In this document: piece by piece, positions 11,601 through 23,721 of the stretch | Numbering within the stretch: position 1 is the first letter of the stretch | How the letters are laid out: each line of letters starts with the position of its first letter | NCBI GenBank assembly: GCA_964016885.1 | Contig: OZ024740.1 | Span: 425,444,001-425,508,000, forward strand | DNA: 64,000 nt | DNA from: Eledone cirrhosa | Taxonomy: Eukaryota | Direction of reading: 5' to 3' | The notes under the pieces: model-generated | The model's database searches: none | Seen by the model: only the letters and a program-made list of their open reading frames with translations | Told to the model about the DNA's origin: nothing | Translations under genes and position numbers: made by a program

Positions 11601-14600
11601 TGTTGGTATAGGTCCTCTTGTTGTTGGTACTACGTCTACTACTACTGCTGCTGTTGCTGTTGTTGTTATAGGTCCTCTTGTTGTTGGTACTACGTCTACT
11701 ACTGCTGCTGCTGCTGTTGTTATAGGTCCTCTTGTTGTTGGTACTACGTCTACTACTACTGCTGCTGTTGCTGTTGTTGTTATAGTTCCTCTTGTTGTTG
11801 GTACTACGTCTACTACTGCTGCTGCTGCTGTTGTTGTTATAGGTCCTCTTGTTGTTGGTACTACGTCTACTGCTGCTGCTGCTGTTGTTATAGGTCCTCT
11901 TGTTGTTGGTACTACGTCTACTACTACTGCTGCTGTTGCTGTTGTTGTTATAGGTCCTCTTGTTGTTGGTACTACGTCTACTACTGCTGCTGCTGCTGTT
12001 GTTATAGGTCCTCTTGTTGTTGGTACTACGTCTACTGCTGTTGCTGCTGCTGTTGTTGTTATAGGTCCTCTTGTTGTTGGTACTACGTCTACTACTGCTG
12101 CTGTTGCTGTTGCTGCTGTTATAGGTCCTCTTGTTGTTGGTACTACGTCTACTACTGCTGCTGCTGCTGTGTTATAGGTCCTCTTGTTGTTGGTACTACG
12201 TCTACTACTGCTGCTGCTGCTGTTGCTGCTGTTATAGGTCCTCTTGTTGTTGGTACTACGTCTACTACTGCTGCTGCTGCTGTTGCTGCTGTTATAGGTC
12301 CTCTTGTTGTTGGTACTACGTCTACTACTGCTGCTGCTGCTGTTGTTATAGGTCCTCTTGTTGTTGGTACTACGTCTACTACTGCTGCTGCTGTTGTTGT
12401 TGTTGTTATAGGTCCTCTTGTTGTTGGTACTACGTCTACTGCTGCTGCTGCTGCTGTTGTTGTTATAGGTCCTCTTGTTGTTGGTACTATGTCTACTACT
12501 GCTGCTGCTGCTGCTGTTATAGGTCCTCTTGTTGTTGGTACTACGTCTACTACTGCTGCTGCTGCTGTGTTATAGGTCCTCTTCTTGTTGGTACTACGTC
12601 TACTACTACTACTGCTGCTGCTGCTGTTGTTATAGGTCCTCTTGTTGTTGGTACTACGTCTACTACTGCTGCTGCTGCTGCTGCTGTTGTTATAGGTCCT
12701 CTTGTTGTTGGTACTACGTCTACTACTGCTGCTGCTGTTGTTGTTGTTATAGGTCCTCTTGTTGTTGGTACTACGTCTACTACTACTACTGCTGCTGCTG
12801 CTGTTCTTATAGGTCCTCTTGTTGTTGGTACTATGTCTACTACTGCTGCTGCTGCTGTTTTTATATGTCCTCTTGTTGTTGGTACTACGTCTACTACTGC
12901 TGCTGCTGCTGCTGTTGTTGTTGTTATAGGTCCTCTTGTTGTTGGTACTACGTCTACTACTGCTGCTGCTGCTGTTGTTGTTGTTATAGGTCCTCTTGTT
13001 GTTGGTACTACGTCTACTACTGCTGCTGCTGCTGTTGTTATAGGTCCTCTTGTTGTTGGTACTACGTCTACTACTACTGCTGCTGCTGCTGCTGTTATAG
13101 GTCCTCTTGTTGTTGGTACTACGTCTACTACTGCTGCTGCTGTTGTTGTTGTTATAGGTCCTCTTGTTGTTGGTACTACGTGTACTACTGCTGCTGCTGC
13201 TGTTGTTGTTGTTATAGGTCTTCTTGTTGTTGGTACTACGTCTACTGCTGCTGCTGCTGCTGTTGTTATAGGTCCTCTTGTTGTTGGTACTACGTCTACT
13301 ACTGCTGCTGCTGCTGTTGTTATAGGTCCTCTTGTTGTTGGTACTACGTCTACTACTGCTGCTGCTGCTGTTGTTATAGGTCCTCTTGTTGTTGGTACTA
13401 CGTCTACTACTGCTGCTGCTGCTGCTGTTGTTATAGGTCCTCTTGTTGTTGGTACTACGTCTACTACTGCTGCTGCTGCTGCTGTTGTTATAGGTCCTCT
13501 TGTTGTTGGTACTACGTCTACTACTGCTGCTGCTGCTGCTGTTGTTATAGGTCCTCTTGTTGTTGGTACTACGTCTACTACTGCTGCTGCTGTTGTTGTT
13601 GTTATAGGTTCTCTTGTTGTTGGTACTACGTCTACTACTGCTGCTGCTGTTGTTGTTGTTATAGGTTCTCTTGTTGTGTGTACTACGTCTACTGCTGCTG
13701 CTGCTGTTGTTGCTGTTGTTATAGGTCCTCTTGTTGTTGGTACTACGTCTACTACTGCTGCTGCTGCTGTTGTTGTTGTTATAGGTCCTCTTGTTGTTGG
13801 TACTACGTCTACTACTGCTGCTGCTGTTGTTGTTGTTATAGGTCCTCTTGTTTTTGGTACTACGTCTACTACTACTACTGCTGCTGCTGCTGTTCTTATA
13901 GGTCCTCTTGTTGTTGGTACTATGTCTACTACTGCTGCTGCTGCTGTTGTTATAGGTCCTCTTGTTGTTGGTACTACGTCTACTACTGCTGCTGCTGCTG
14001 CTGTTGTTGTTGTTATAGGTCCTCTTGTTGTTGGTACTACGTCTACTACTACTGCTGCTGCTGCTGCTGTTATAGGTTCTCTTGTTGTTGGTACTACGTC
14101 TACTACTGCTGCTGCTGTTGTTGTTGTTATAGGTCCTCTTGTTGTTGGTACTACGTCTACTACTGCTGCTGCTGCTGCTGTTGTTATAGGTCCTCTTGTT
14201 GTTGGTACTACGTCTACTACTGCTGCTGCTGCTGCTGTTGTTATAGCTCCTCTTGTTGTTGGAACTACGTCTACTACTGCTGCTGCTGCTGCTGCTGCTG
14301 TTGTTATAGGGCCTCTTGTTGTTGGTACTACGTCTACTGCTGCTGCTGCTGCTGCTGCTGTTGTTATAGGTCCTCTTGTTGTTGGTACTACGTCTACTAC
14401 TGCTGCTGCTGTCGTTGCTGTTATAGGTCCTCTTGTTGTTGGTACTACGTCTACTACTGCTGCTGCTGTTGTTGTTGTTATAGGTTCTCTTGTTGTTTGT
14501 ACTACGTCTACTACTGCTGCTGCTGTTGTTGCTGTTATAGGTCCTCTTGTTGTTGGTACTACGTCTACTACTGCTGCTGCTGTTGTTGTTGTTATAGGTT

Positions 14601-14891
14601 CTCTTGTTGTTTGTACTACGTCTACTACTGCTGCTGCTGTTGTTGTTGTTATAGGTCCTCTTGTTGTTGGTACTACGTCTACTGCTGCTGCTGCTGTTGT
14701 TGTTGTTATAGGTCCTCTTGTTGTTGGTACTACGTCTACTACTGCTGCTGCTGTTGTTGCTGTTGTTATAGGTCCTCTTGTTGTTGGTACTACGTCTACT
14801 GCTGCTGCTGCTGTTGTTGTTGTTATAGGTCCTCTTGTTGTTTGTACTACTTCTACTGCTGCTGCTGCTGTTGTTGTTGTTATAGGTCCTC
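8640..14891. repeat. Minisatellite array, ~51-63 bp units (roughly 110 copies): ATAGGTCCTCTT(GTT)2GGTACTACGTCT(ACT)n(GCT)n(GTT)n
   Basis: Direct reading; unit length varies in multiples of 3. Confidence 0.97.
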
Positions 14892-15358
14892 TACAATACA
14901 GGGACTTGTATTGTAGCAGCATCCTGTGGGTAAGTTTATGTCACACCAGCTGCACCTGGTTCTCATCTTGTTCTCAGTCTTAGAAAAACAAGTGTATGCT
15001 TCCCCATGTCGTACCCGAGGTATGGAGTGGGCAGAGTGCCACACATTGGCAAGATTTCATCTAACTTTCAAAATAATATACACGACGTCCCCGTATTTTG
15101 AAAAACAGAAATATGTTGCTTTCCCCCTCTTCTTTATCGAGATAAATTTATCAGGCAAGATGACAATGAGATGTCTCAAGTTGATTCGCTCTTTTGTACT
15201 CAAGATATTTACAAAAGATGAAATGATCTTGTTGTTTGTTTTGTTAATGTCTGTTGTTCATAATATATTCTTTCATTCAAATTAATATTTCCAATGTTGT
15301 TATTATCTTAGTATCGTCTTTTGTTTCAAGTGTTTCAACTGGATTATCCCCCTTTTAA

Positions 15359-15363
<5 letters not shown>

Positions 15364-15444
<81 letters not shown>

Positions 15445-15470
15445 ACTCACTCACTCACTCACTCACTCAC

Positions 15471-15528
<58 letters not shown>

Positions 15529-15534
15529 ACTCAC

Positions 15535-15579
<45 letters not shown>

Positions 15580-15615
15580 CTATCTCTCTCTCTCTCCCTC
15601 TCTAACTCTCTCTCT
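15364..15615. repeat. (CT)n/(CACT)n compound microsatellite
   Basis: Direct reading. Confidence 0.97.
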
Positions 15616-16404
15616 TTTTCCCTCTCTGTCTATGTTTTTCAATGTCTGTTTTGATTTCTTCCTTAATTTATTTCTCTTTTCTTCCGTTTGAAAATAATTT
15701 GAGGTGTGTTTGAATTTAGGGTTACTGAGACTACAGGTATCACCACCTTTCAACTAATGTTCACAGTAACTATACTAAAACTAATCCTAATTCTACTTCT
15801 AACCCTAACCCTAATTATAGTTCTAACATTAGCTCTCACACTCATCTTTCTACAGCTCTACCTTCACCTAAATGGACAATAAAACACAAAACATATACCG
15901 AGTTTAAACAAATTTTGTCTCATTTATTGTATTTTATTTCATTCTACCTTCTTCTTCTCAGCTTCCTATATCTCACTCTTCTTACCTCTCCCACAACTGA
16001 AGGCACTACAAATGAACAACAAAATCTACACAACCTACTATACATTACAATAAAGTCCAACGCCTAAAGACCATGGTTGGTGCTCTCCTTGTTACTGGTG
16101 TACCACCACAGAACACAGCTCTGACATTTGCCTGAGCAGAGGCAATCAAAATCATCTCATCCTTATCTCTTCTATCACAAGGCTCTGACGACCACTAAAA
16201 AGCTAAAGGTTCAACTCCTCTCCATCATAGCAACAGACAGAAGTTAGAAATAACAGTAGTAATCCATCGACTGACGACGTTGAGAAGAAAAAGATGACTT
16301 GGGAAGTCAAAGGAGAAAAACAAGGAAAGACAATAACCTTAAAGAAGAAAATTAGAAACGCCGTCAGCAATGCACAGAAAAACAAAACAAATCTGTGAAA
16401 AAAG

Positions 16405-16516
16405 ATGCCACCATGATTAGCTTTGCCTTTCATCCAATAACATAAAATACCAGTAATGCTTTGGAATCAATTTAATCAACTTTCCCCTCCTCCAAAATTG
16501 CTGGCCTTGTACCTAA

Positions 16517-16549
<33 letters not shown>
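16405..16549 (+). mobile_element. Degenerate SINE 3' half ending in an (ATT)n tail
   Basis: CTTTGCCTTTCATCC...TACCAGTAATGC...TTGCTGGCCTTGTACCTAAA matches the SINE body, followed by (ATT)n at 16517-16549. Confidence 0.75.
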
Positions 16550-16750
16550 GGCGACCTACGTAGGAAATCTTATTATCGTGAGCTCCGCAAAGGTTTGTTG
16601 TTTTCAGTTGTTTAAAATTGCCATTTATGGAGAATTGTTATTGTTAACTGTATACATTGTTTTCTGAAAAGGACACTCAAAAAGATTGGGGCCTTGAGCC
16701 CAAAATTTAAACTTTTATAATTATCAAACAAAAATTTCTTTGAAAAAATC

Positions 16751-18546
16751 ATGGACGACTCAGAGTCACACCTTCCTCACAAACTAACACCTCACACCGA
16801 CACCACCCTTGTAAATATTACTACGTTTGCCAACCCTAAAAATATAAGTAGTAGCAATATTTTAAAGTCTCAGGCACCCTCCACCACCACCACCACAGCG
16901 ACAACAGAAACAAAAGAAAAAAAAATTATCTCGTGACATCGAAATGGAGTCACCCAGAATGGACTCTTCCACACCGAACACCACTGACGCCGCGACCACC
17001 ACAACTGAAACTAAAGATAACAATAACAAAAATAACGATAACAACAACAGCAACAACAACAATGAGAATAAGAAAACCACCCTGTCTTTTGCCAGAGTAG
17101 CAAAAAAGTGCGAAGCAATCCAGGTAACTCAGGGGGAATTAGATGAAGCCAAGAGAATGGTAAAGAAAGATGGAGCATCGGCGCCTATACACCGTGTCTT
17201 ATCGGACGATTAACATAAAATTGCGCCGAGTGGAACGAGCATCCGAGTCCCAAATCCAAAAGCTTTGGGACATGTTTGGGAAAAAAACCCACATCAGACG
17301 TGGGCAGAAATATGGAACCGTGGACGTGTTCTTTGGAACACCACAGGAGGCCAGAGAACACTCCATTGCTCCATTAAGAAATGACGACTTCACACTCGTC
17401 CCAAGCTATTGTGGCCAGAGACTCGTGAAGATCAGGGTGACCCACGTTCCACCGACCATCGAAATTCCCTGGCTAATGGCTGCCGTCCTCGCCGGCATCA
17501 AGGCCAACACCAAGATAATCGAAATAGCGAAAGAAAAGCAGGAGAACTGGTCCGGATCTGGGATGGAGCTCCTGATCCAAGCGGACCAAAAAAGCATTGA
17601 GGAGATCCCAGAGGTAATAGACCTCACTGACGGCAGCCACCTCACCGTAATCGTCGAGGGCAGAAGGCCTAGGTGTGTCGTTTGTGGTGAAGGAACCCAC
17701 CTAAGGGCCTTCTGCCCTCAGGCTAAAAGGTTGAGGCCACCTCTCTTACCCACCCCAGTGACTCAACCATCAACACCACCAGCAGCAGAAATGGCAGCAA
17801 CAACTTTAGCAGCAACAACAGAAGCAACTGTAACAGCAACAACCCCAGCAACAGTAGCAAAACCAACACCACCACCACCCAACGCGCCAGAACTAGCACC
17901 AGCGCCTACACCATCCACCACGCCACACCAAAACCAACGCCTGTGGAGGATTTTCCACTCCCCGACCTATCGCAACTGGAGACAGATTGTGACGACGAGG
18001 AGTGGGAAACGGTATCAGGAAAAAAGAAAAAAAAAAGAAAAAAGAAAAAATTCTCTTCCTTCCCCTCCAAAAACAAATTATAGAGGGAAACAAATAAACT
18101 ATCAAACAAAAAAGTTAGGACAGCTATGCCACCATCCGCACCAGCATCACCAACCCCATCACCATCATTAAACCCAACACCACAAAAGTCACCAAAAAGC
18201 GAAACAGAAACAAACCCACAACAAACGCAAACAAAACAAAACAACCAAAACGATACACACTACACAGCATTAAATTTTAACAACAACCAATTATTACACT
18301 ACATCCAACACAACACCGGCATCACAGAAAAATACTACACAACAACCCAAAAGTTCAAACCTCCTCCACACATACAAATCACTCGCATCACACAGAAAAC
18401 GGACACGACACTAAAACAAACAATCCCCAAAGACAACAGCGACTTCCGACAAGCACTCTCCAGGAGGATTTATAAGGACATCCTTCCGGAGGAGGCCACA
18501 AGCAGTGAAAAGGATAGAGAAGCCATCCGTCCTCTATGAGAAGTAA
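16751..18546 (+). pseudogene. Family B ORF1 (CCHC knuckle); frameshifted
   Basis: ORF pieces 16751-16936, 16944-17213, 17170-18171 and 18126-18539. Confidence 0.8.
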
Positions 18547-18585
18547 GGTAAGTGGTCTTTCCCATCTTTTCCACTCCATTTCAAC

Positions 18586-21242
18586 ATGACCTCACTCAGA
18601 ATAGGCAGCATAAATGCGAGTGGCTTGGGGTCGTCATGGAAGCAGGGCCACCTGCTCAACGACCTCGGGTCACTAAACATAGATGTAGTGGCCATCAGCG
18701 AGACCAGAATCTCCGAAGCACGGGCCTTTGCACCGGTCTTCGGCGGCTTCGATGTGTACGCATCTCCCAGCCGTCCTGGATCGGGGGAGGGGAGGAGTTG
18801 CTGTGCTTTTTCGGAGAGGTTTGGATCTCGCCATACGGGCCATCTCCCTGGATCCAGAAGGTAAGTTGGTGGTGCAGGGCGGCCTGATCTCTTCCGGCGT
18901 CTGGATACCTTTCTTGGAACGTCCCGCTCTTTAGTGTTAGTGGGCGACTGGAACGGGGTCTGAGATGCACGCTAGGAGTGTGTGGGATAGGGGAGGAGGG
19001 TGCAAGAGCCTCACCAACCTGCTCAGGGGTTTTGAACTGTCTGACAGGTACCGATTGGATTTCTCGAATGTGCCAATGTGGACTTGGACAAACCGGATAG
19101 GGTCATCCAGATCATATCTAGATAGAGTATTTTGTACGGAAATAGATAGATCTAGCATAGGCTGTCCACAATTCAAGATAGTCAGCTACACGGACCACAA
19201 ATTCGTGATCTGTGTGCTTGACTTAGATAGGCTTCATAGACGAGGACCCGGCTACTGGAAGCTAAACGCGTCCTTACCAGAGCGCAAGGCCTACAGAGAC
19301 CGGATTAGAGAACTAGTTAAGCGGGCGTTGACGGGGGCCATCGTCAAAAACAAGTGGTGGTTTGCTCTGAAAGAACGATTAGAATAGAGTCCATTAGGTT
19401 TAGTAAGGCTTTAACAATAGAGAAAAATAGAGCAGAGGGAGAACTAGTTAGAAAATTAGACGAGGCGCTTAGCAAAGTCATCGCGACCGACGTACTTCCG
19501 GCGAAATTGGCCCTTGACCAATTCTTCAATGCAAAGCACGAAGGCTGCGTTGTCAGAGCTAGGGTGCATGCTCTCAGACACGAGGGGACGAAAGCCGTTG
19601 AATGGGCCCGAGTGGCGGAGTCGCGTCGTGGCAACAAAGGCACGATACGGTCTTGTTGGACCACGACGGGCGCATGCCACTCGATCCCGGGCAAATGTGT
19701 GAAGCTTTTCCGCGACACTTCGATCAGCTGTTCGGGGGCAGCGGCGGGCCGGGTCGAGGGATAGACTTTAGTGTCTACCTCGACGGACTGCTGCGGCTCT
19801 CGGCCTCTGAGGGGGAGTGTTGCGAAAAGTCGATAACAGCCGCTGAAGTATGGGAGGCAATGATTGGCTGCACAAGGGGTAAATTGCCTAGTTTGGATGG
19901 TCTGCCCTATGAACTTTACGTACAGATGCCAGACTTGTTCGGAGACCTCTTGGCGGATGTCTACATAGATAATTTCAGACCCATAACTCTGCTAAACACA
20001 GAGTTAAAGATTTGGGCCAAGGTGCTAGCAAAGAGGTTGGCGCTTGTCGTTGGTGGTCTGGTGGGAGTGGCGCAGACATGTGCCATTCCCGACAGATCCA
20101 TCCACGACAACCTCAACCTCATGCAATACATCGTAGAGAGGGTAGATAGGGAACCTGGCACGGGTGGGTCCTTGATCAGTTTAGATCAGTCGAAAGCTTT
20201 CGATAGGGTCGACCATCGTTACCGAGCGGCAGTCCTGATGGTGGCTGGCTTTGAGCCCGTCTTCAGAGGCTGGATCGCTGCCATGCACAGCGACATCTTC
20301 TCTGTGGTTTGAGTGAACGGTCACCTTTCGGAACCGTTCAACATCATGCGCTCGGTCCGCCAAGGATGTCCACTCTCGTCCCTCTTGTACGTATTCACTC
20401 TCGAGCCATTACTGCACAAACTGGAGATGTCGAGGAGGATCCCGCGCGAACTAGGATGCGGAAGATCCGTGTCAGCATATGCGGACGATGTCACCGTAGT
20501 GGTGTCGAACGCCAAACACATCGAGGCGATCGACACTACACTAAGAGAATACGAAGCGGTGACAGGAGCAATGATCAACCAGGAAAAGTCAGTGAGCCTG
20601 CAGCTTGGCACCTGGAGAGGCAGGTCCATGCCGTCCAACAGCGTCGTCGGGCGCTAGACGGACGGACCGGTTAAATTGCTAGGGGTCTGGTTCGGTCCGG
20701 ACCTCCAGGCGGATAAAAACTGGGACGAAGTGACGAGCAGGGTGAAAGGTCGAGCGGAGGTGGCTAACGCGTACATCGCGTCCGTCATCTACTACCGCCT
20801 GACCGTCGTACCTTGTCCTAAGCCCCGCCTGACTGCGCTGGAGCGTTTGCTCTTTCACTTCTTGTGGAAGGGACGTGCTCCGATGGTCAGGGGATCCATC
20901 TGCTGTCAACACCCGCTACGTGCAGGGATGGGCATGCCGTGGCTGATGATGCGCAGACACGCGCTCAGGCTACGACATCTGCAACTCTTCCTCGACGGTG
21001 ATCAGCTGTGGTCGCCGTTTGCTAGACGCGTCTTTCCCCAGCTCGTCTCCTTGACTGAGCTGCAGTCCTGGGTCAAGCGAAGACCGAGAGGGAGCGCTTG
21101 GAGACTAGAATGTGTTCAGGCGCTCACAGTCCTCGACCAATCGGGCAATGTGATCGGTGGAAACTCCACCTTGGCGTTCTATAGAGGATTAGTGGAGGGG
21201 AAGAGCGACGACGTACTTGGGGAAGCTCTAGTGGCTTTTTAA
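18586..21242 (+). pseudogene. Family B ORF2 (APE endonuclease-reverse transcriptase); disrupted, C-terminal Cys region deleted
   Basis: MTSLRIGSINASGL start; YADD motif; multiple stops and frameshifts. Confidence 0.92.
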
Positions 21243-21427
21243 TGGGCTTTCTCCACGAATGTCTCTCGGAAGTCTCCCCCGTATTGAGGAATTTTTCATT
21301 GTTATTTTCTTGTTACATCCTCTGATTTTGTCTTTTTTACACGCAGAAATGCCCATTTGTACCGTTCTGTATTGTTCTGTACTGTCCTTAATATCTACTT
21401 TATGTAAACCCTTGTGGTTAATAAAGA

Positions 21428-21464
<37 letters not shown>

Positions 21465-21669
21465 GGGCTAATCGGACGTGTTTTGCTCGCTCCCAGTAAG
21501 TCGCTTTATTTGCCTGTTAAAATTATTTGTTGTTAAATATTTCTTGTTGTGTAAGGGATATAAGCCCTTAGACCTTGCCCTGTTAAGGGGTAAGTATAAT
21601 ATTTGGGCCTCTTGGCCCAAATATTTGAACTTTTTTACATGTTAAAAAATTTATGGAGAAAAAAAAATC

Positions 21670-23689
21670 ATGGCTGAGCCACGCCCTCCAGCGATATGTC
21701 TGCTGTCGTGCGACAACGACGAAGAAGTTGAGAGGAGCGCTACAGCGAAATTAACACAAATTGATAACACAAACACCACCACAAACAATGTAAACAAAGA
21801 CACCAATGATACCAATGAGAACTCTAGTTTTCAGAAAAATGACAGTAACAGCGACAACGAAAATACAGATAACAAAAAAAAAAATATCAAATGCAACAAC
21901 AATATCAACACCACTAACATGAAAACAAATAGCGACAACACCAACAGCAACAATACCAACTGCACCGAGAACAACGGTGGCAACAAAGACAACAATGATA
22001 ACAGCGACAGTGATAACAACAACACCAACAAGAACAACGACAACGACAACGAAACCCCCAACGAAAACAAGAAGAACACTTTCGCTGCGGCAGCAGCAAA
22101 AAGGAGGCCATGCTTCAACATGGACCTCTCAAACAAAGATGAAAAGTTGGCCTAAGCATGGAAGCTCATAAAGCAAGAGGAAACCTGGGCCAACTTAACT
22201 GTCCTGGTAGAAGTTATTGAGGCAGTGGAGCGCAGAACGGTGCATTATAGATGCATCTCAGCACAAACCAAAAGGGCAGCTTTAATCCCACAAGAAGATG
22301 TCGAAGTCGCGCTGAGGTGCATCAGAGAAGACACCCAGTACATAGAGAGGGGCAGACAGTACGGCACCATTTCGGTGTTGTTCAAGTCAGAAGCCCTCGC
22401 GATGAAAGACGCCATAAATCCTTGCAAAACCAGCAAGGTCATAATGTACCCCTCCCACATGGGAAAAAGAACGGCCCGTCTCCGCATTCCCAGAATCCCA
22501 CCAGGACTTGACATGTGGTGGCTTCTGGGATGTGTGATTGTGGTGGGGACGGAAACCGTCCATATAGAAGTGACCAGAACGGCCAGAGAGGACTGGTCCG
22601 GGGTTGACCTGGAGATCTTTCTCCAGATCAGACCCGAGAATGTGAAGACAATCCCGGACCACATCCGCCTTCAGAATGGGACGATCATTCACATTATGAC
22701 CAAAGGCAAAAGGCCGCAGTATTTTGTTTGTGGGGAAAAAACCCATTTGCGAGCCTTCTGCCCTCAACTGCGGAAAGAGGCAAGGGGTCGAAAGGCTGCA
22801 CTGTTGCCGACGCCGAGGCGAGGACCACAACCAACACCAGCACCGGCAAAACCACCAACAACAACACCAATAGAAAGACCACCACCAACATTGACCACCT
22901 AAGGAGGAAACGAGGAAAGCTGTCAAATTCCCCTCCCCCAAAAATACACACACCAATAAAACCATAAACATACATACAGACACACTTATAGACACAGACC
23001 CCTCATCTACCAGTAGTGAAGATGAGGGAAAACCAAAATCCCCCAAAATACAAAAAAGGAAACACAAAAAGAAAAAAAAACTCAACAAAGCACAAAATCA
23101 CTCAATAAAAAACGCAGACACCACCCACGCAAACATCTCTCCAATAACACCAACATCAACACCACCATCACCATCACCAGAATCCCCCAAACGCAAACAA
23201 CCTGAATAGACGCAAGAACAAATATACACACAAACATGTGAAACCACAGACACCGCACTCACAACAAACACAGCCACAACCGAAACAACACCACCAAAAA
23301 CCATCACCACCACAACCACGCAAACAAATAAAATCACACCAACAAAACATACAAAACTTCGTGCTCGTCAGGAGGGCCTACAATGAACTGATGGCCCTCG
23401 TAGCACGAAGTGAAAATATACAAAAAGTGGGGGACATTTTTAAATCGAGCACATTTTTAAATCGAGCACATTTAAATCGAGCACATTTTTAAATCGCGTG
23501 CCGGAAGATTTGGTTCTGGTGCGAAAGTCGATCGATTTATACAAAGAAATACGAGGCAGCTTTCCTCGGGACGTGGGAACCCCGAACGTAAAACCCACTT
23601 CAAGACTTTTAAAGGGGTTCCCAAAAGAAACCCCACCAACTATGGAGGTCGAACAACCCAACCTTCACAAGAGCCCGGAAGGTAAGTAA
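21670..23689 (+). pseudogene. Family C ORF1 (Asn-rich N-terminus, RRM-like region, degenerate CCHC knuckle); disrupted
   Basis: ORF pieces 21670-22155, 22225-22902 (YFVCGEKTHLRAFC; CFVC in copy C') and 23498-23689. Confidence 0.8.
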
Positions 23690-23721
23690 ACCTTTCCTCT
23701 CTCTCTTTTTAACCTGCCAAC

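Larger units (their letters stand above)
16550..21430 (+). mobile_element. Tx1-like non-LTR retrotransposon, family B; both ends present, internal deletions
   Basis: (ATT)n on both sides; ORF1 with CVVCGEGTHLRAFC; ORF2 with APE and RT (LDQSKAFDRVDH, SVRQGCPLS, AYADDVT); ends AATAAAGAAAG. Confidence 0.93.

Noticed and set aside
8419-14983. 1252-aa, 950-aa and Cys/Tyr-rich 795-aa plus-strand ORFs
   Set aside because: These are translations of a triplet-phase minisatellite with several frames open at once and uniform codons; not called as CDS.
15715-15815. Telomere-like TTAGGG/CCCTAA motifs
   Set aside because: Only about two tandem copies; not an array.
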